In this document: positions 11,577 to 21,638 of the stretch, piece by piece
Numbering within the stretch: position 1 is the stretch's first letter
Layout: the number at the start of each line of letters is the position of its first letter
Assembly: GCA_963819815.1 (NCBI GenBank)
Contig: CAWFXL010000001.1
Coordinates: 352,001-416,000 of the forward strand
From: an uncultured bacterium
Lineage (GTDB): Bacteria > Babelota > Babeliae > Babelales > Babelaceae
Direction of reading: 5' to 3'
DNA length: 64,000 nucleotides
The notes under the pieces: generated by a model
The model's input: the letters and a program-made list of their open reading frames with translations, nothing else
Database searches by the model: none
Told to the model about the DNA's origin: nothing
Translations under genes and position numbers: made by a program

Positions 11577-12825
11577 TTAGTTGCCGCAGGTTGGGCAGGC
11601 CACTTCACAGAACTCAGGTGTTCTGCAAGGTATGCAAGGTTCAACGCATGGTTTGCAAATTGCAGGAGCAATGCTATCAAGCATGATCTTACTTGCATTT
11701 AAGCAATCTTGGGTCATTGGAACGAATCCTCGAACACCAAGCTTTTGACCTTGGGTAAGAAGGAATACAATGAACTGGGTAAGATTGCATGAAATCCATT
11801 CTATTGGCTGAGTACCAAAGAGATCAAAGTATTCAGCGGTAACGATAGGATATACATGTCCTGGATTTGAAAGAGGAGCAAACTGACATATTAAGTCGTT
11901 ACAAACCTGGTTATTAATGACAGAATCGATCTGAGCGTTCTGTATCGCTTCATCATCAGTTGGTGAAATGAAATCATCTTGGTGGAGGTTGGTCTGTAGG
12001 TGGGAGCAATCCACCTTGAAGCAAGAGTGCTGCTGGAACGGTTGGAAGGTTAATGAGATTGGCACCCGTTCCTACATAACCTATTGAACCACCCGTTTTT
12101 CGAACCGCTTCAATCATTTCTGCAGAGCTATACACTAGATCTGAGGGGTTGGTACTAACATTAGGAAAAGTTGGTTTTGGATCACCAGCATTAACCGCTG
12201 TGCAGTTTCCACAGTCATTTAAATACGTTGTGAAAGCTTGGTTAGTACCAGATGCATCACCACGAGCAAATGGGGTTATACGATTAGTACTTGAAAAGCT
12301 TACGTTACAGTTATAAGGCTTTGCAAGATAGGTTTCCCAAAGTGTGTCTGCACTAGTCGCACCCGTATAGATACGACAAAGATCTTCACCTGTTAATCTC
12401 AATACACCAGCCGGAGTGAGGCATGTTGCAGGATTGTATGTTGTCCCATTACTTTGAGTTACACTGGCTGGCAGGTTATAAATAACCGATACTGAAGATA
12501 GAATGAAAGGAATTTGCAAGAAGCAATCTGGCAAATTACGAGTTTCACTTGCAGGTGCTAGAAAGTCTGCAACAGAAGCATCGAGTGATCCATTGTACAC
12601 GTCATAACGTCCTCGGAACGAATCTGAGAATTCTGCTGTTTGCTTATACACAAACGTTGGGCAGGGGAAAATAGTATTATAGAGCGAAATTGCAGCATCC
12701 ATGTAGTTTTCTGCAAGCGTCGAACCACCAACTCTAATGGTACTTCCAAAGGCTGGTCTGAATTGTGCTGAAACAGAAACGCAGGTGAGTAATGCTACCG
12801 ACAAGATAGCTAATTTTTTCATCAT
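11577..12825 (-). pseudogene. PstS/DING-like paralog 2, frameshifted by a 1-nt insertion at about 11991
   Basis: Near-identical to paralog 1; GGTTGGTCTG here versus GGTTGTCTG in paralog 1; length 1249 = 3n+1. Confidence 0.85.
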
Positions 12826-12938
12826 AATAATCCTCTTTTGTTTTTTTGTATGTTTTTTGTATAGTTTATTAAAATGGCACTTGCAGGTCCCCCAACCTTC
12901 GGTATAGCCGTTAAACTGATAGTAACTCTTCATTACTT

Positions 12939-12968
12939 ACTATAATTAATTTTCTATTATGAAATCAA
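12939..12968 (-). promoter_or_regulatory. sigma70-like promoter of paralog 2
   Basis: TTGATT-N18-TATAGT. Confidence 0.7.
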
Positions 12969-13370
12969 TGATTTAAAATGAATAATATTTATAAATATTT
13001 GTATATAATGTGGCTCTTTTTTCTAGACTGTCATATCTGTTAGAAATGGGTGTCATTGTAATCGTTAATAACTCGTGCCAAACACACGTTTTAGTCAAAA
13101 AAATAACATCGTTCATACGGCACATCTGTTCGCTCACTATGAGGGAATGCCCTAAGGCATAGACTTTTATGATCCTTCTCATTTCAGCCGCTATACCTAA
13201 ACTACAGTGCTTACCCTCTGCGCTGGGAAGGCCCCTAAATGTATGTGTGGGGATGAGAAGCACAAGATAGTATCTCGAGATCATCGAGGTGATATCTTCT
13301 AACAACTCTTGCATGTATCTCATTTGCTGATACTATCACATGTGAACTGTAGCGGTTTTTAATAATCAAA

Positions 13371-13569
13371 ATAGTGCCAGAGCAGCCTCGCCTTTGTACT
13401 GAGTGATGTATCGGCGTAGAACCACTCATGATAGAGACTATAATGCTGCGAAAAATATCGAACGAGTTGGGGCATCAACTCTTGGGTTAGGCGATGTAAG
13501 ACCAACTTTGTTGGCTATCGCTGTCTGATCCCAGAATCCCCGGAATGTATTCCTGGACGAGTATGTCAA
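13371..13569 (+). mobile_element. Non-autonomous IS200/IS605-family mini-element (putative left end + tnpB 3' end/omega-RNA region)
   Basis: 199 bp; encodes RTTHDRDYNAAKNI; ends GAATCCCCGGAATGTATTCCTGGACGAGTATGTCAA; equal-length copy at 49120-49318. Confidence 0.8.
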
Positions 13570-13982
13570 TAATAAGCATCTCAGCATCGGGGGGAACTTT
13601 CAAGATCCATTTTCCAAATTCGATACCAAGAAAAACCTCAATGCATCCTGCTAATCAAGATTACCACGTAGGCATCAGACTAGGAGCATCTGTTTTGTAA
13701 GCAACTGTAAGATCCTCTTGCCTTCCAAATGAGCTTTCCCTTTGTGTCGAAGCCTTCGATCTGGCCAGCTTTATATTTGCGGCACTGGCTAACCTTCATA
13801 GTCCATCATCAGAAGGGATTCCCTCTATCTTTTGGAGAGAGTGTGTCACCAGAGACTTGAAGCCATCTTGTAAAAAAGTAATGAAATGCTGCTGATAAAC
13901 TCTTTATAAAGGAGAAAATAATAGTGAACAAATTGCATGACGAGCAAGGGGCCCAACATGAGAGCCTATCAATGAAATGATC

Positions 13983-14390
13983 TTAGCATGCACAGGTGGA
14001 CAAGTCTGCATACGCCATGCAGGGCTATCGCAAGGTGTGCAAGGAGGAATGTAAGCATTGCAAAGTACTCCAGAGATACTATCTAGGAAGATCTTGCTAG
14101 AGCATAAACCTCATTGGATCAATGAAACTAGCCAGAGACACCACCGTTGATTTTGGATAAGACTGAGCAAAATAAAATTGTAAGATGAAAGCGATCCTTT
14201 CGATGGGCTAAGTTCTGCGATAACGACAGGATATATTAATGCCTTAGCAGGGTGATTCTGACAAGACAAGTTTGTAGAGAGAATTGCCTGATAGATTAAG
14301 TTTGTTCAATTTAGATTAACCCAGTTAATCTAAATTCAAAACCCGTGAGGTCATACGTGTCGGTACCATCTTCCACAGTGGCTGGTAAGT
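13983..14390 (-). pseudogene. Degenerate, internally deleted family paralog
   Basis: Fragments LPATVEDGTDTYDLTGFEFRLTG, TNLSCQ..YPVVIAE and SKIFLDSISGVLCNAYIPPCTPCDSP match the family. Confidence 0.75.
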
Positions 14391-14394
14391 AATG

Positions 14395-14586
14395 AGAAAG
14401 GATCTTTTAAGCTCGGTTACCCAGGTAACTTTGACCTTACATCTAGTTTCTGTACGTCAGACCCAAAGTTTTGACCTTCAGATCTCACCTCGCAATGGGA
14501 AACTCTTGCCTACAGCTTACGATTCTGGTTGCTACGAGCCCGCTGGGGACTTGAACCTCTTTGAAATTTTACCAAACCCAGCGCAC
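14395..14586 (-). mobile_element. 5' fragment (domain I) of a group IIC intron
   Basis: Starts GTGCG 5 nt after a terminator stem; GGTTCAAGTCC, GCAAGAGTTTCCCATTGCGAGGTGAGATCTGAAGG and GGTCTGACGTACAGAAAC resemble conserved class C domain I segments; no RT ORF or DV/DVI seen. Confidence 0.75.
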
Positions 14587-14591
14587 AGGAA

Positions 14592-14618
14592 ACATGCCGA
14601 GCACGGGGCTCGGCATGT
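14592..14618 (-). terminator. Family terminator (copy 3), T-tail interrupted by the intron fragment
   Basis: ACATGCCGAGC-5nt-GCTCGGCATGT followed by TTCCT|GTGCGC. Confidence 0.8.
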
Positions 14619-14662
14619 AAAAAGTTACTATCTAGTATACTAGCTGAGGAGAGTACTTCCCC

Positions 14663-15931
14663 TTAGTTGTTGCAGGTTGGGCAAGCCTCAGGGCACGTTG
14701 CAACGGTTGCGCAAGGTATGCATGGTTCAATGCAAGGCTGGCAAATTGCAGACCCGATATCATCAAGGAGAGCCTTACTCGCTGCTATACAGTCTTGCGA
14801 CATTGGGAAGTATCCTGGAACCTGACTTGCAAACTTTTGCCCTTGGGTAAGAAGGAACAAAATAAACTGTTTAACGTTGCATGCAATAAAGTCTGTTGGC
14901 TGTGTACCAAAGACTTCAAAAAGCTCAACAGTAACAATCGGATATGCACCTGGAACGCAGGTTAAGCTCGTGCAGTTTCCACTGCTTACTGCAGCCTGTA
15001 CGTTCGCCGCAGTTGGTGCTAGGAAGTCAGCATTCACAGTTGAGCTGCCGCCTGCTTCGAGTATCAAAGCAACAGGGATGTTAGGATTATTTGATACCGC
15101 AATATCACCTAACCCAGCATAGCCAAGAGTGCCAGGATTAGCTGCTACATAGTTAACCAAGGCTATACCACCTGATACGCGAACTACTAAGCTTGTAAAT
15201 TGGCTATCGGTGAATAATGGCGGCGTTCCAGCTGGAAGTGGATTGTTAGGCGTTATTCCTGGGCAATTTCCACAGTTAGCTAGATAGGTTGTGAATACTT
15301 GCGAAGTACCACTGCTATCTAGTCGAGCAACTGGAATTAATGGATAGTTGTGAGTGTTAACCGGAGCAATACACCCCGTAGGTTGTCCACCTAAGTTATA
15401 GGGCCTTGAAAGAAAATCTTCCCAGAATTCGGTTGTCGGATTTGTATAGATGCTACAAAGATCGCTACCTGTTAATCTCAATCCACCATTTGCAGCCAAA
15501 TCAGCAGCGAGAGCGGCAGTCGTAGTATAAATCTTAGCTACGCCACCCTTACATACCGTAAACATCCCTCCCGCAAAAGTGATATTTGGTAGATGATAAG
15601 GGATAGCAACTGCAGAAACTAGGAATGGAATTTCCAGGAGACAATCTGGCAAAAACTGTGTTTCAGTTGCAGGCGCTGGAGCATCTGACACTGCACCAGT
15701 AAGTGTTCCGTTATAAACACCAGCACGCCCAGCACCTGAGTCTGAGGTTGCATAGGTGAATGTTGGACACGGGTAAATTGAGTTTTAAAGACTAACAACC
15801 GCAGTCATGTAAGGTGCTGCGAGTGAAGATCCACCAAGTTTAATGTTAGCACCAAAACCAGGTGCAAATTTTGCCGAAGCAGAAACGCATGTGAGTAATG
15901 CTATCGACAAGATAGCTAATTTTTTCATCAT
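14663..15931 (-). pseudogene. PstS/DING-like paralog 3 with a single in-frame TAA at 15785-15787
   Basis: MMKKLAILSIALLTCVSASA start at 15931, in frame with the ORF at 15691; SL*NSIYPCP versus SLYNTIFPCP in paralogs; ARLDSSGT and GAYPI intact. Confidence 0.85.
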
Positions 15932-16037
15932 AATAATCCTCTTTTATTTTTGTTTTGTTTATATTTTGCTTACTGAGCAATTGTAGGTTCCCCTGCCTAC
16001 ATGTAGCTGTTATACTGCTAATAACTCTTCACTATTA

Positions 16038-16067
16038 ACTATAAATAATTTTCTATTATAAAATCAA
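16038..16067 (-). promoter_or_regulatory. sigma70-like promoter of paralog 3
   Basis: TTGATT-N18-TATAGT. Confidence 0.7.
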
Positions 16068-16623
16068 GAGATAAAAAAGAATATTTACCGCATGATTTTG
16101 AAAACAAATCTTTCCATTGGCAAGCTTCTTGAAAGCAATAAGCTTTGGAAGCAGTTCCCAATTTCATGATGCAACAAGCTCCCGTTTGGCGCGATCACAT
16201 GCTTATGCTCTACATCGAGTTACACAAAGACACGCCCCCTCCTATTTCCAGGCTACTACGCCGCCTCATAGCCTCTACATGACCAACTTGCTCTCTCCTA
16301 GTCATATAGATCTCCCGAGCATAGCGACCAGAATAATCTCGTCGCTTTACTACTTTTTTATATCGATACGGCCTGGTATATATAGGCATATGGCTGCACA
16401 GCCGTGCTCATGTATAAAAGTGTAATAAAGCAGCAATCAGTTTTTGAAATCTTTTCAGAAAATTATGTGCGAGTAACTAAAAAAGTCCTGTCATCTCTTA
16501 TCATGCAGGCAGGGCGATGAGGATCTTCTTACTACTAAGCGATTGCACTTTCATGAGCAGTATGATAGTTTTCAAGCTACCTAATAAGTAGGTATTAAGG
16601 AACGTTACCAGGGAGATTTCTTC

Positions 16624-17190
16624 ATGAAAAAACTCATGCTTCTTACATCGTTAGCAATTTCAAGTTACTCGTACGGAATTCCAGATAAGATACTAAAGGA
16701 AGTTGCAACTGCTCATTCTCTGAGCGAGCTGAGTCAAGAAGCGCAAGAGGCAATTACTTCCAAAGAGCTTCCCAGGGAAGCTCTCAGTACTGAGCTCAGG
16801 AAAGAAGTAGAGGCTCTCGACTTTTACTGGGAGATACTCCTTGCTATCATTACCCAAAACACGGATGCTATCGCCCATCAAGTAGCCCAAGGTATTGATC
16901 TTAACGCAAAGACCAATTTTAACTATACCTTTCTCACCTTTGCAGTCGATAATAATGTTGTTGAAAGTGTGCGCGAATTGATTAAACAAGGTGCTCAGGT
17001 CTCAATTCCCGATGAGTTCGGGAGAAGCCCACTTCACTATGCAATTATTCGTAGAAACAAATCTATGGTAACACTGCTTCTTGAAGCTGGGGCCGATCCT
17101 AATCTGCCTGATCACAAAGGTAATACACCACTAATGTGCACATCAAACGAAGGCATTATTGCCTTACTACGTCTTTTTGGGGCACACTAG
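16624..17190 (+). CDS. Small secreted ankyrin repeat protein
   Basis: Signal peptide; GRSPLHYA, GADPNLPDHKGNTPL. Confidence 0.9.
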   Translation: MKKLMLLTSLAISSYSYGIPDKILKEVATAHSLSELSQEAQEAITSKELPREALSTELRKEVEALDFYWEILLAIITQNTDAIAHQVAQGIDLNAKTNFNYTFLTFAVDNNVVESVRELIKQGAQVSIPDEFGRSPLHYAIIRRNKSMVTLLLEAGADPNLPDHKGNTPLMCTSNEGIIALLRLFGAH

Positions 17191-17288
17191 AGAGGAAATT
17201 CGGCTACAACAAACTTACTGACTGCACCAGCATAGGAAAGTTGAGCTTTTCAGAGCGTAACAACCTTAAATGATAGAGAAAGGAATCT

Positions 17289-17897
17289 ATGGATCACCAA
17301 CTTATAGCAATACTCAGCATACCCTGTCTTGGATATCTCAGTTATTGCATCGCTTTGTACAGCGAAATATATCGCCTAAAAATGTATGGAAAGCATGTTG
17401 TCACAGAAGAAGAAGACCTTGATCCTATTCTGAGGGCACCGATTACCACCAGATCCTGGTTCAATCTTTCACAAGCAGCAACATGGCTCATACTTGGAGG
17501 ATTACTCCTTGGCGGCTACGCCTACGGAGAATATCTAATCAGGTTTAACCCTATAGAAAAATATCTCGATAGGTTTATCACCCTAAACTGGATTCTTGAG
17601 TATAGTATTGGACTTTTACTCACGCAAACGTTACTGATCCTCGGCTATGCACTAGAATTGTTGCTTATTTTTCGATTTGCAGATCGGAATCGGAGCTCAC
17701 TCATAGGGGAAGTACGTATGTCAAGCGATATAGTCAATCACAAAAGACTCTATCATTTCATTCCATTTAGCATAATTTTGCTAGCTGTGTATGCCTATAA
17801 TCCAAGTGCATTTACTTTGGGATGCGCAATCGCGCCCTTTATCTCTATGTTATCGATGTGGCAACGTATTAGGCGCGCAAGGAAAACAGCTTCTTAA
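17289..17897 (+). CDS. Hypothetical integral membrane protein
   Basis: AAGGA RBS; about 5 hydrophobic segments. Confidence 0.75.
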   Translation: MDHQLIAILSIPCLGYLSYCIALYSEIYRLKMYGKHVVTEEEDLDPILRAPITTRSWFNLSQAATWLILGGLLLGGYAYGEYLIRFNPIEKYLDRFITLNWILEYSIGLLLTQTLLILGYALELLLIFRFADRNRSSLIGEVRMSSDIVNHKRLYHFIPFSIILLAVYAYNPSAFTLGCAIAPFISMLSMWQRIRRARKTAS

Positions 17898-17983
17898 TGT
17901 GCTGCTTTGCCAGAGAGTACCTAGGTGAACTTATCTTCCCAGGAGTTCTTTGTGACGAAGAGCCCTAGCCCTTAGAGAATGTC

Positions 17984-20077
17984 TCAGTGTTTGTGGTACC
18001 CATTTTTTTTCAACTGAGGTGGATGGCAGTCTTTAAGATGTTTTGTACGATCCGCCTCCACACACGTAGCATCACAGTAGCGAGCTTCTTTACAGTTCTG
18101 ACAGATAAGCGAAGCTGATCCCTCATGACAATACCTGCAGACTGTTGGCAGATCCAGCATTTCAAGCTGCCTAATTTTAGGCGTGAGAAAGAGCGGAATA
18201 AGAGAAAGAACTGCCTGGTGAGGAAGTTCAGCACCAAGCTCCTTTAAATAACTAACGACGAGATCATGGCCATATGAATGGGCGCATATGAGAGGTGTTA
18301 TGCCATCTTTATTAGGAGTTGCTGGTTCAGCTCCATGTCTCACAAGAGTTTTAACGACCTTCAGACGACCAGTTTGGCACGCAAGGAGTAAGGGAGTACT
18401 ATTGCGTGGTCCGCACTCATCGACGGGCGCGCCATTCCGTATAAGAAGATCGACAAGCCGACTATGGCCACACCAACTTGCAAAGTGAAGAGCCGTAAAG
18501 CCTTCAATGGTTTTTGCTGAGCGGTCTGCACCTCGTGCTAACAGAAGTTCCACACAATCAAAGGCTCCAGATTGACATGCTACTAAGAGGGCTGTTTGAA
18601 GACGATCATTAACACAGTTGACCTGTGCTCCATGATCAAGCAAAAGCCTCGCAAGCTCTTTCCTATTATTAAGGCAACAGATCATAAGAGCAGTCATTCC
18701 CTTGTATCCTTTTGTATCTACCTGTGCTTGTGCCTCTAAGAGAGCTGTCACTAATTCTTCAGTACCTTGGTTGCATGCAATAGAGAGCGCCGTACCATGC
18801 TCTGCACTTACCGCCTCAAGATCTGCCCCCAGCTCTTTTAACAAGGGAACAAGACGACGTCTCTCTTCAAAGCACGCATAGTGCAGAGCCGTTACCCCAT
18901 GTTTGTTAGCATACGTAACGACACCTCTTTTTTTGGCAGTCAGCCATTCAATTAGTGCTGGGTCTTCGAATGAACATGCGGCCATGAGGGGCGTGATCCC
19001 ATCTGTATCTTCTGACTGTACATCGGCACCGGCAGCTATAAGGGCTCCGATTATGCGCCGCAACCCTTTTTGGCACGCAGCGATAAGGCCAGTTGTGAGG
19101 TCCTTTTGACGATCTTTCTTCAGAGATAGAAGCCGTATAACGAGATGATAATGACCGTTCTCAACAGCATATATGAGGGGGGTTTTTCCTGCGCTATCAG
19201 CCTGTGTTAACTGTGCGCCATGCCTCAGAAACAGATCAACAAGCTCAGCGTCTCCCTCCTCACATGCTTGATGCAGCGCTGTTCTTCCCTTATTATCAGG
19301 AATATCGCACGGCACGCCTTTATCAATAAGAAAGACCACCATGCCATAGCGGCCCCGTTCTTTATGCATCATTGCCTGCAGTAGCAGGTTTCTGTTATTT
19401 TCATCAGATTCAGTAAAAGCAACTCCATGCTCATGAAGACGTTGTGCAATAGAAGTCCTAAAATAGATACAGGCCAAGGACAAGGCATTAGTGCCTCTAT
19501 CAGTTTTAAGGGAAGGATCCGCTCCATGAGTCAGCAAAAAGTCGACCCACCAATACTTACCTCTGATCACAGAAAACGCTAAGGGAGTCATATTTCCCGC
19601 CATCTGCAGATTAACATTACATGCGTGGTTTTTTACCAAGAGTGCAGCAATTTCACGCTTATCAAGCTGACAGGCAATGATGAGTGGACTTGCACCTCCA
19701 TCATCCTGAGCATTAACATTAGCTTCGCATACCAAAAGAAACCTAACAACGCGAATATTACCTGCAGCAACGGCACTATGAAGAGCGGTGCTTCCGTCTG
19801 CAGCTCGTGCATTAACGTCTGCGCCATGTTTTAAGAGTTGGCGAACTTTAGTTGAAAATCCATTTTCAACGGCAATGATGAGGGGAGTGCGTCCGGAAGT
19901 ATCTCGAGCATTAGGGGAAGCTCCTCGATGTACAAGGTCTGCTATAGTGTCTTTGTCATCGGCCATACATGAGTTAAGGAGCAGTCGATCTTCTTTCGTA
20001 AGGTTGATAGATGCCCCATAGAGCATACCTGGTAGTATACTGATACTCAACAAAGCGATGGTGATTATCTTGTTCAT
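17984..20077 (-). CDS. Secreted ankyrin repeat protein with C-terminal MYND zinc finger
   Basis: Many ankyrin units; CRYC..CQNCKEARYCDATCVEADRTKHLKDC. Confidence 0.9.
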   Translation of the reverse strand: MNKIITIALLSISILPGMLYGASINLTKEDRLLLNSCMADDKDTIADLVHRGASPNARDTSGRTPLIIAVENGFSTKVRQLLKHGADVNARAADGSTALHSAVAAGNIRVVRFLLVCEANVNAQDDGGASPLIIACQLDKREIAALLVKNHACNVNLQMAGNMTPLAFSVIRGKYWWVDFLLTHGADPSLKTDRGTNALSLACIYFRTSIAQRLHEHGVAFTESDENNRNLLLQAMMHKERGRYGMVVFLIDKGVPCDIPDNKGRTALHQACEEGDAELVDLFLRHGAQLTQADSAGKTPLIYAVENGHYHLVIRLLSLKKDRQKDLTTGLIAACQKGLRRIIGALIAAGADVQSEDTDGITPLMAACSFEDPALIEWLTAKKRGVVTYANKHGVTALHYACFEERRRLVPLLKELGADLEAVSAEHGTALSIACNQGTEELVTALLEAQAQVDTKGYKGMTALMICCLNNRKELARLLLDHGAQVNCVNDRLQTALLVACQSGAFDCVELLLARGADRSAKTIEGFTALHFASWCGHSRLVDLLIRNGAPVDECGPRNSTPLLLACQTGRLKVVKTLVRHGAEPATPNKDGITPLICAHSYGHDLVVSYLKELGAELPHQAVLSLIPLFLTPKIRQLEMLDLPTVCRYCHEGSASLICQNCKEARYCDATCVEADRTKHLKDCHPPQLKKNGYHKH

Positions 20078-20295
20078 GCTTGCCCTTACAAAGTGTACTT
20101 ATTTTTTCTTAATGATAGTGGCTGCTAGTAGTATAGCCCAGTTTTATTTCATGTCCCATGCTTTTTTTAGCGACCTTCAAGAACTTTTTTACAAAATTGT
20201 GCACCAAAAAGTAACATTCTCATCAAAATTCCAGGCCCGGCGCATTACAATAATTTGATAGCAGGTACTTCATTGGCCACACTTTCAGAAACCTT

Positions 20296-20327
20296 AAAAG
20301 GACATGCCGAGCAGAGGCTCGGCATGT
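20296..20327 (-). terminator. Family terminator (copy 4)
   Basis: ACATGCCGAGC-4nt-GCTCGGCATGT stem plus CCTTTT. Confidence 0.85.
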
Positions 20328-20357
20328 GAAGAGCTAATATCTTAGTAATAAAGAATC

Positions 20358-21599
20358 TTAGCAGGTTGTGCAGGTTGGACAATTCGGAGTGCAAATTGCA
20401 GGGCTGTCGCAAGGTATGCAAGGTTCAATGCATGGCTCGCAAATGACAGCAGAGATGCTATCAAGAGATTCTCTACTTGCACTTAAGCAAGATTGGGTCA
20501 TTGGAACGAATCCTGGGACGCTAATCTTTTGACCGTCCATAAGTAGGAACTGAATAAACTGACTAAGATTGCACGCAAACCACTCTGTTACCTGTGGACC
20601 AAAGAGGTCTATATATTCAGCGATAACAAGAGGATAGGTTACAATAGCACCAGGAGTTACGTTAGGGTCTTCACTTGGCTGACAGATTAAGTTTGTGCAA
20701 TTTGGATTGTTAATTTGGGCAGCCTGGACGTTGGCGAAATTTGGCCCTACGAAGTGGTTGAGGTTGAAACCATCAGTTAAACCTCCTCCAAGCAAGAAAG
20801 CTGCTGGTAGGGGAAGATTTGGAAACGCAGCTAGGTTAGAACCTGTCCCTATATACCCAATTGAGTCACCCGCTGTTGCTACTCCAGAAATCATGTCTGC
20901 TGAGCTGGATGCCCCGGCGTCAAATTCAAAAAGAGTATTTGGGTTGTTTGTCGGGTTTGGATCGTTAGCAATTACCCTTGAACAATTTCCACAATCATGT
21001 AAATAGGTTGTGAATGCTTGGTTGGTACCGTTGGCATCCGTGCGGGCAAACCTAAACATTTGCGTATTGAGAAGCAAAGTACTGTCAGACACGTTATAGG
21101 GTTTTGCAAGATAGGTTTCCCAATATACAGTCACACCACTCGTATAGATCTGGCAAAGATCAGAAGCTGTTAACCTCAAAACACCATCAACTAGATCAGC
21201 TGGGAGGTGATACACAAAACCAGATGCATTTGTCACTGTAGGGGGTATATTGTAAATGATAGATACCGAAGAAAGAATAAAGGGAATTTGCAAGAAACAA
21301 TCGGGCAAATTCGCAGTTTCACTTGAAGGTGCTTTAAAGTCTGACACGGAAGCATCGAGCATGCCGTTGTACACATCCTTGCGCCCCACAAAATCATCTG
21401 TGAATAATGGCCCTTGTTTATATACAAACGTTGGGCAGGGGAAGATATCATTATAGAGAGCAATTACAGCATCCATATACGCGTTTGCGTTTGAAGAACC
21501 ACCAAGTTTAATGGTGCTTCCAAAACTAGGAGTGAATTTTGCAGAAGCAGAAACGCACGTTAATAATGCTACCGACAAGATAGCTAATTTTTTCATCAT
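20358..21599 (-). CDS. PstS/DING-like Cys-rich secreted protein (paralog 5)
   Basis: Same signal peptide and motifs (GGSS, VSD, ARTDANGT, SIGY, YPLV); tail CEPCIEPCIPCDSPAICTPNCPTCTTC. Confidence 0.85.
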   Translation of the reverse strand: MMKKLAILSVALLTCVSASAKFTPSFGSTIKLGGSSNANAYMDAVIALYNDIFPCPTFVYKQGPLFTDDFVGRKDVYNGMLDASVSDFKAPSSETANLPDCFLQIPFILSSVSIIYNIPPTVTNASGFVYHLPADLVDGVLRLTASDLCQIYTSGVTVYWETYLAKPYNVSDSTLLLNTQMFRFARTDANGTNQAFTTYLHDCGNCSRVIANDPNPTNNPNTLFEFDAGASSSADMISGVATAGDSIGYIGTGSNLAAFPNLPLPAAFLLGGGLTDGFNLNHFVGPNFANVQAAQINNPNCTNLICQPSEDPNVTPGAIVTYPLVIAEYIDLFGPQVTEWFACNLSQFIQFLLMDGQKISVPGFVPMTQSCLSASRESLDSISAVICEPCIEPCIPCDSPAICTPNCPTCTTC

Positions 21600-21638
21600 A
21601 ATAATCCTTTTTTATTTTTGTGTTTTTTTACTATTTAC

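Noticed and set aside
9403..12825. Diversity-generating retroelement (TR/VR pair)
   Set aside because: No reverse transcriptase ORF; the differences include indels and non-adenine changes across whole genes
10870..13429. Short ORFs at 10870, 11089, 11357, 12973 and 13235
   Set aside because: No RBS or recognisable motifs; likely degraded or intergenic DNA
14535..14565. GGTTCAAGTCC on the minus strand resembling a tRNA T-arm
   Set aside because: No acceptor, D or anticodon arms; better explained as group IIC intron domain I
14392..14643. 83-aa plus-strand ORF
   Set aside because: Antisense to the intron fragment and terminator; no recognisable protein features
9344..20327. Repeated hairpins as integron attC sites or REP elements
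   Set aside because: They lack RYYYAAC/GTTRRRY boxes and extrahelical bases, occur only downstream of family genes and mostly have T-tails; no integrase
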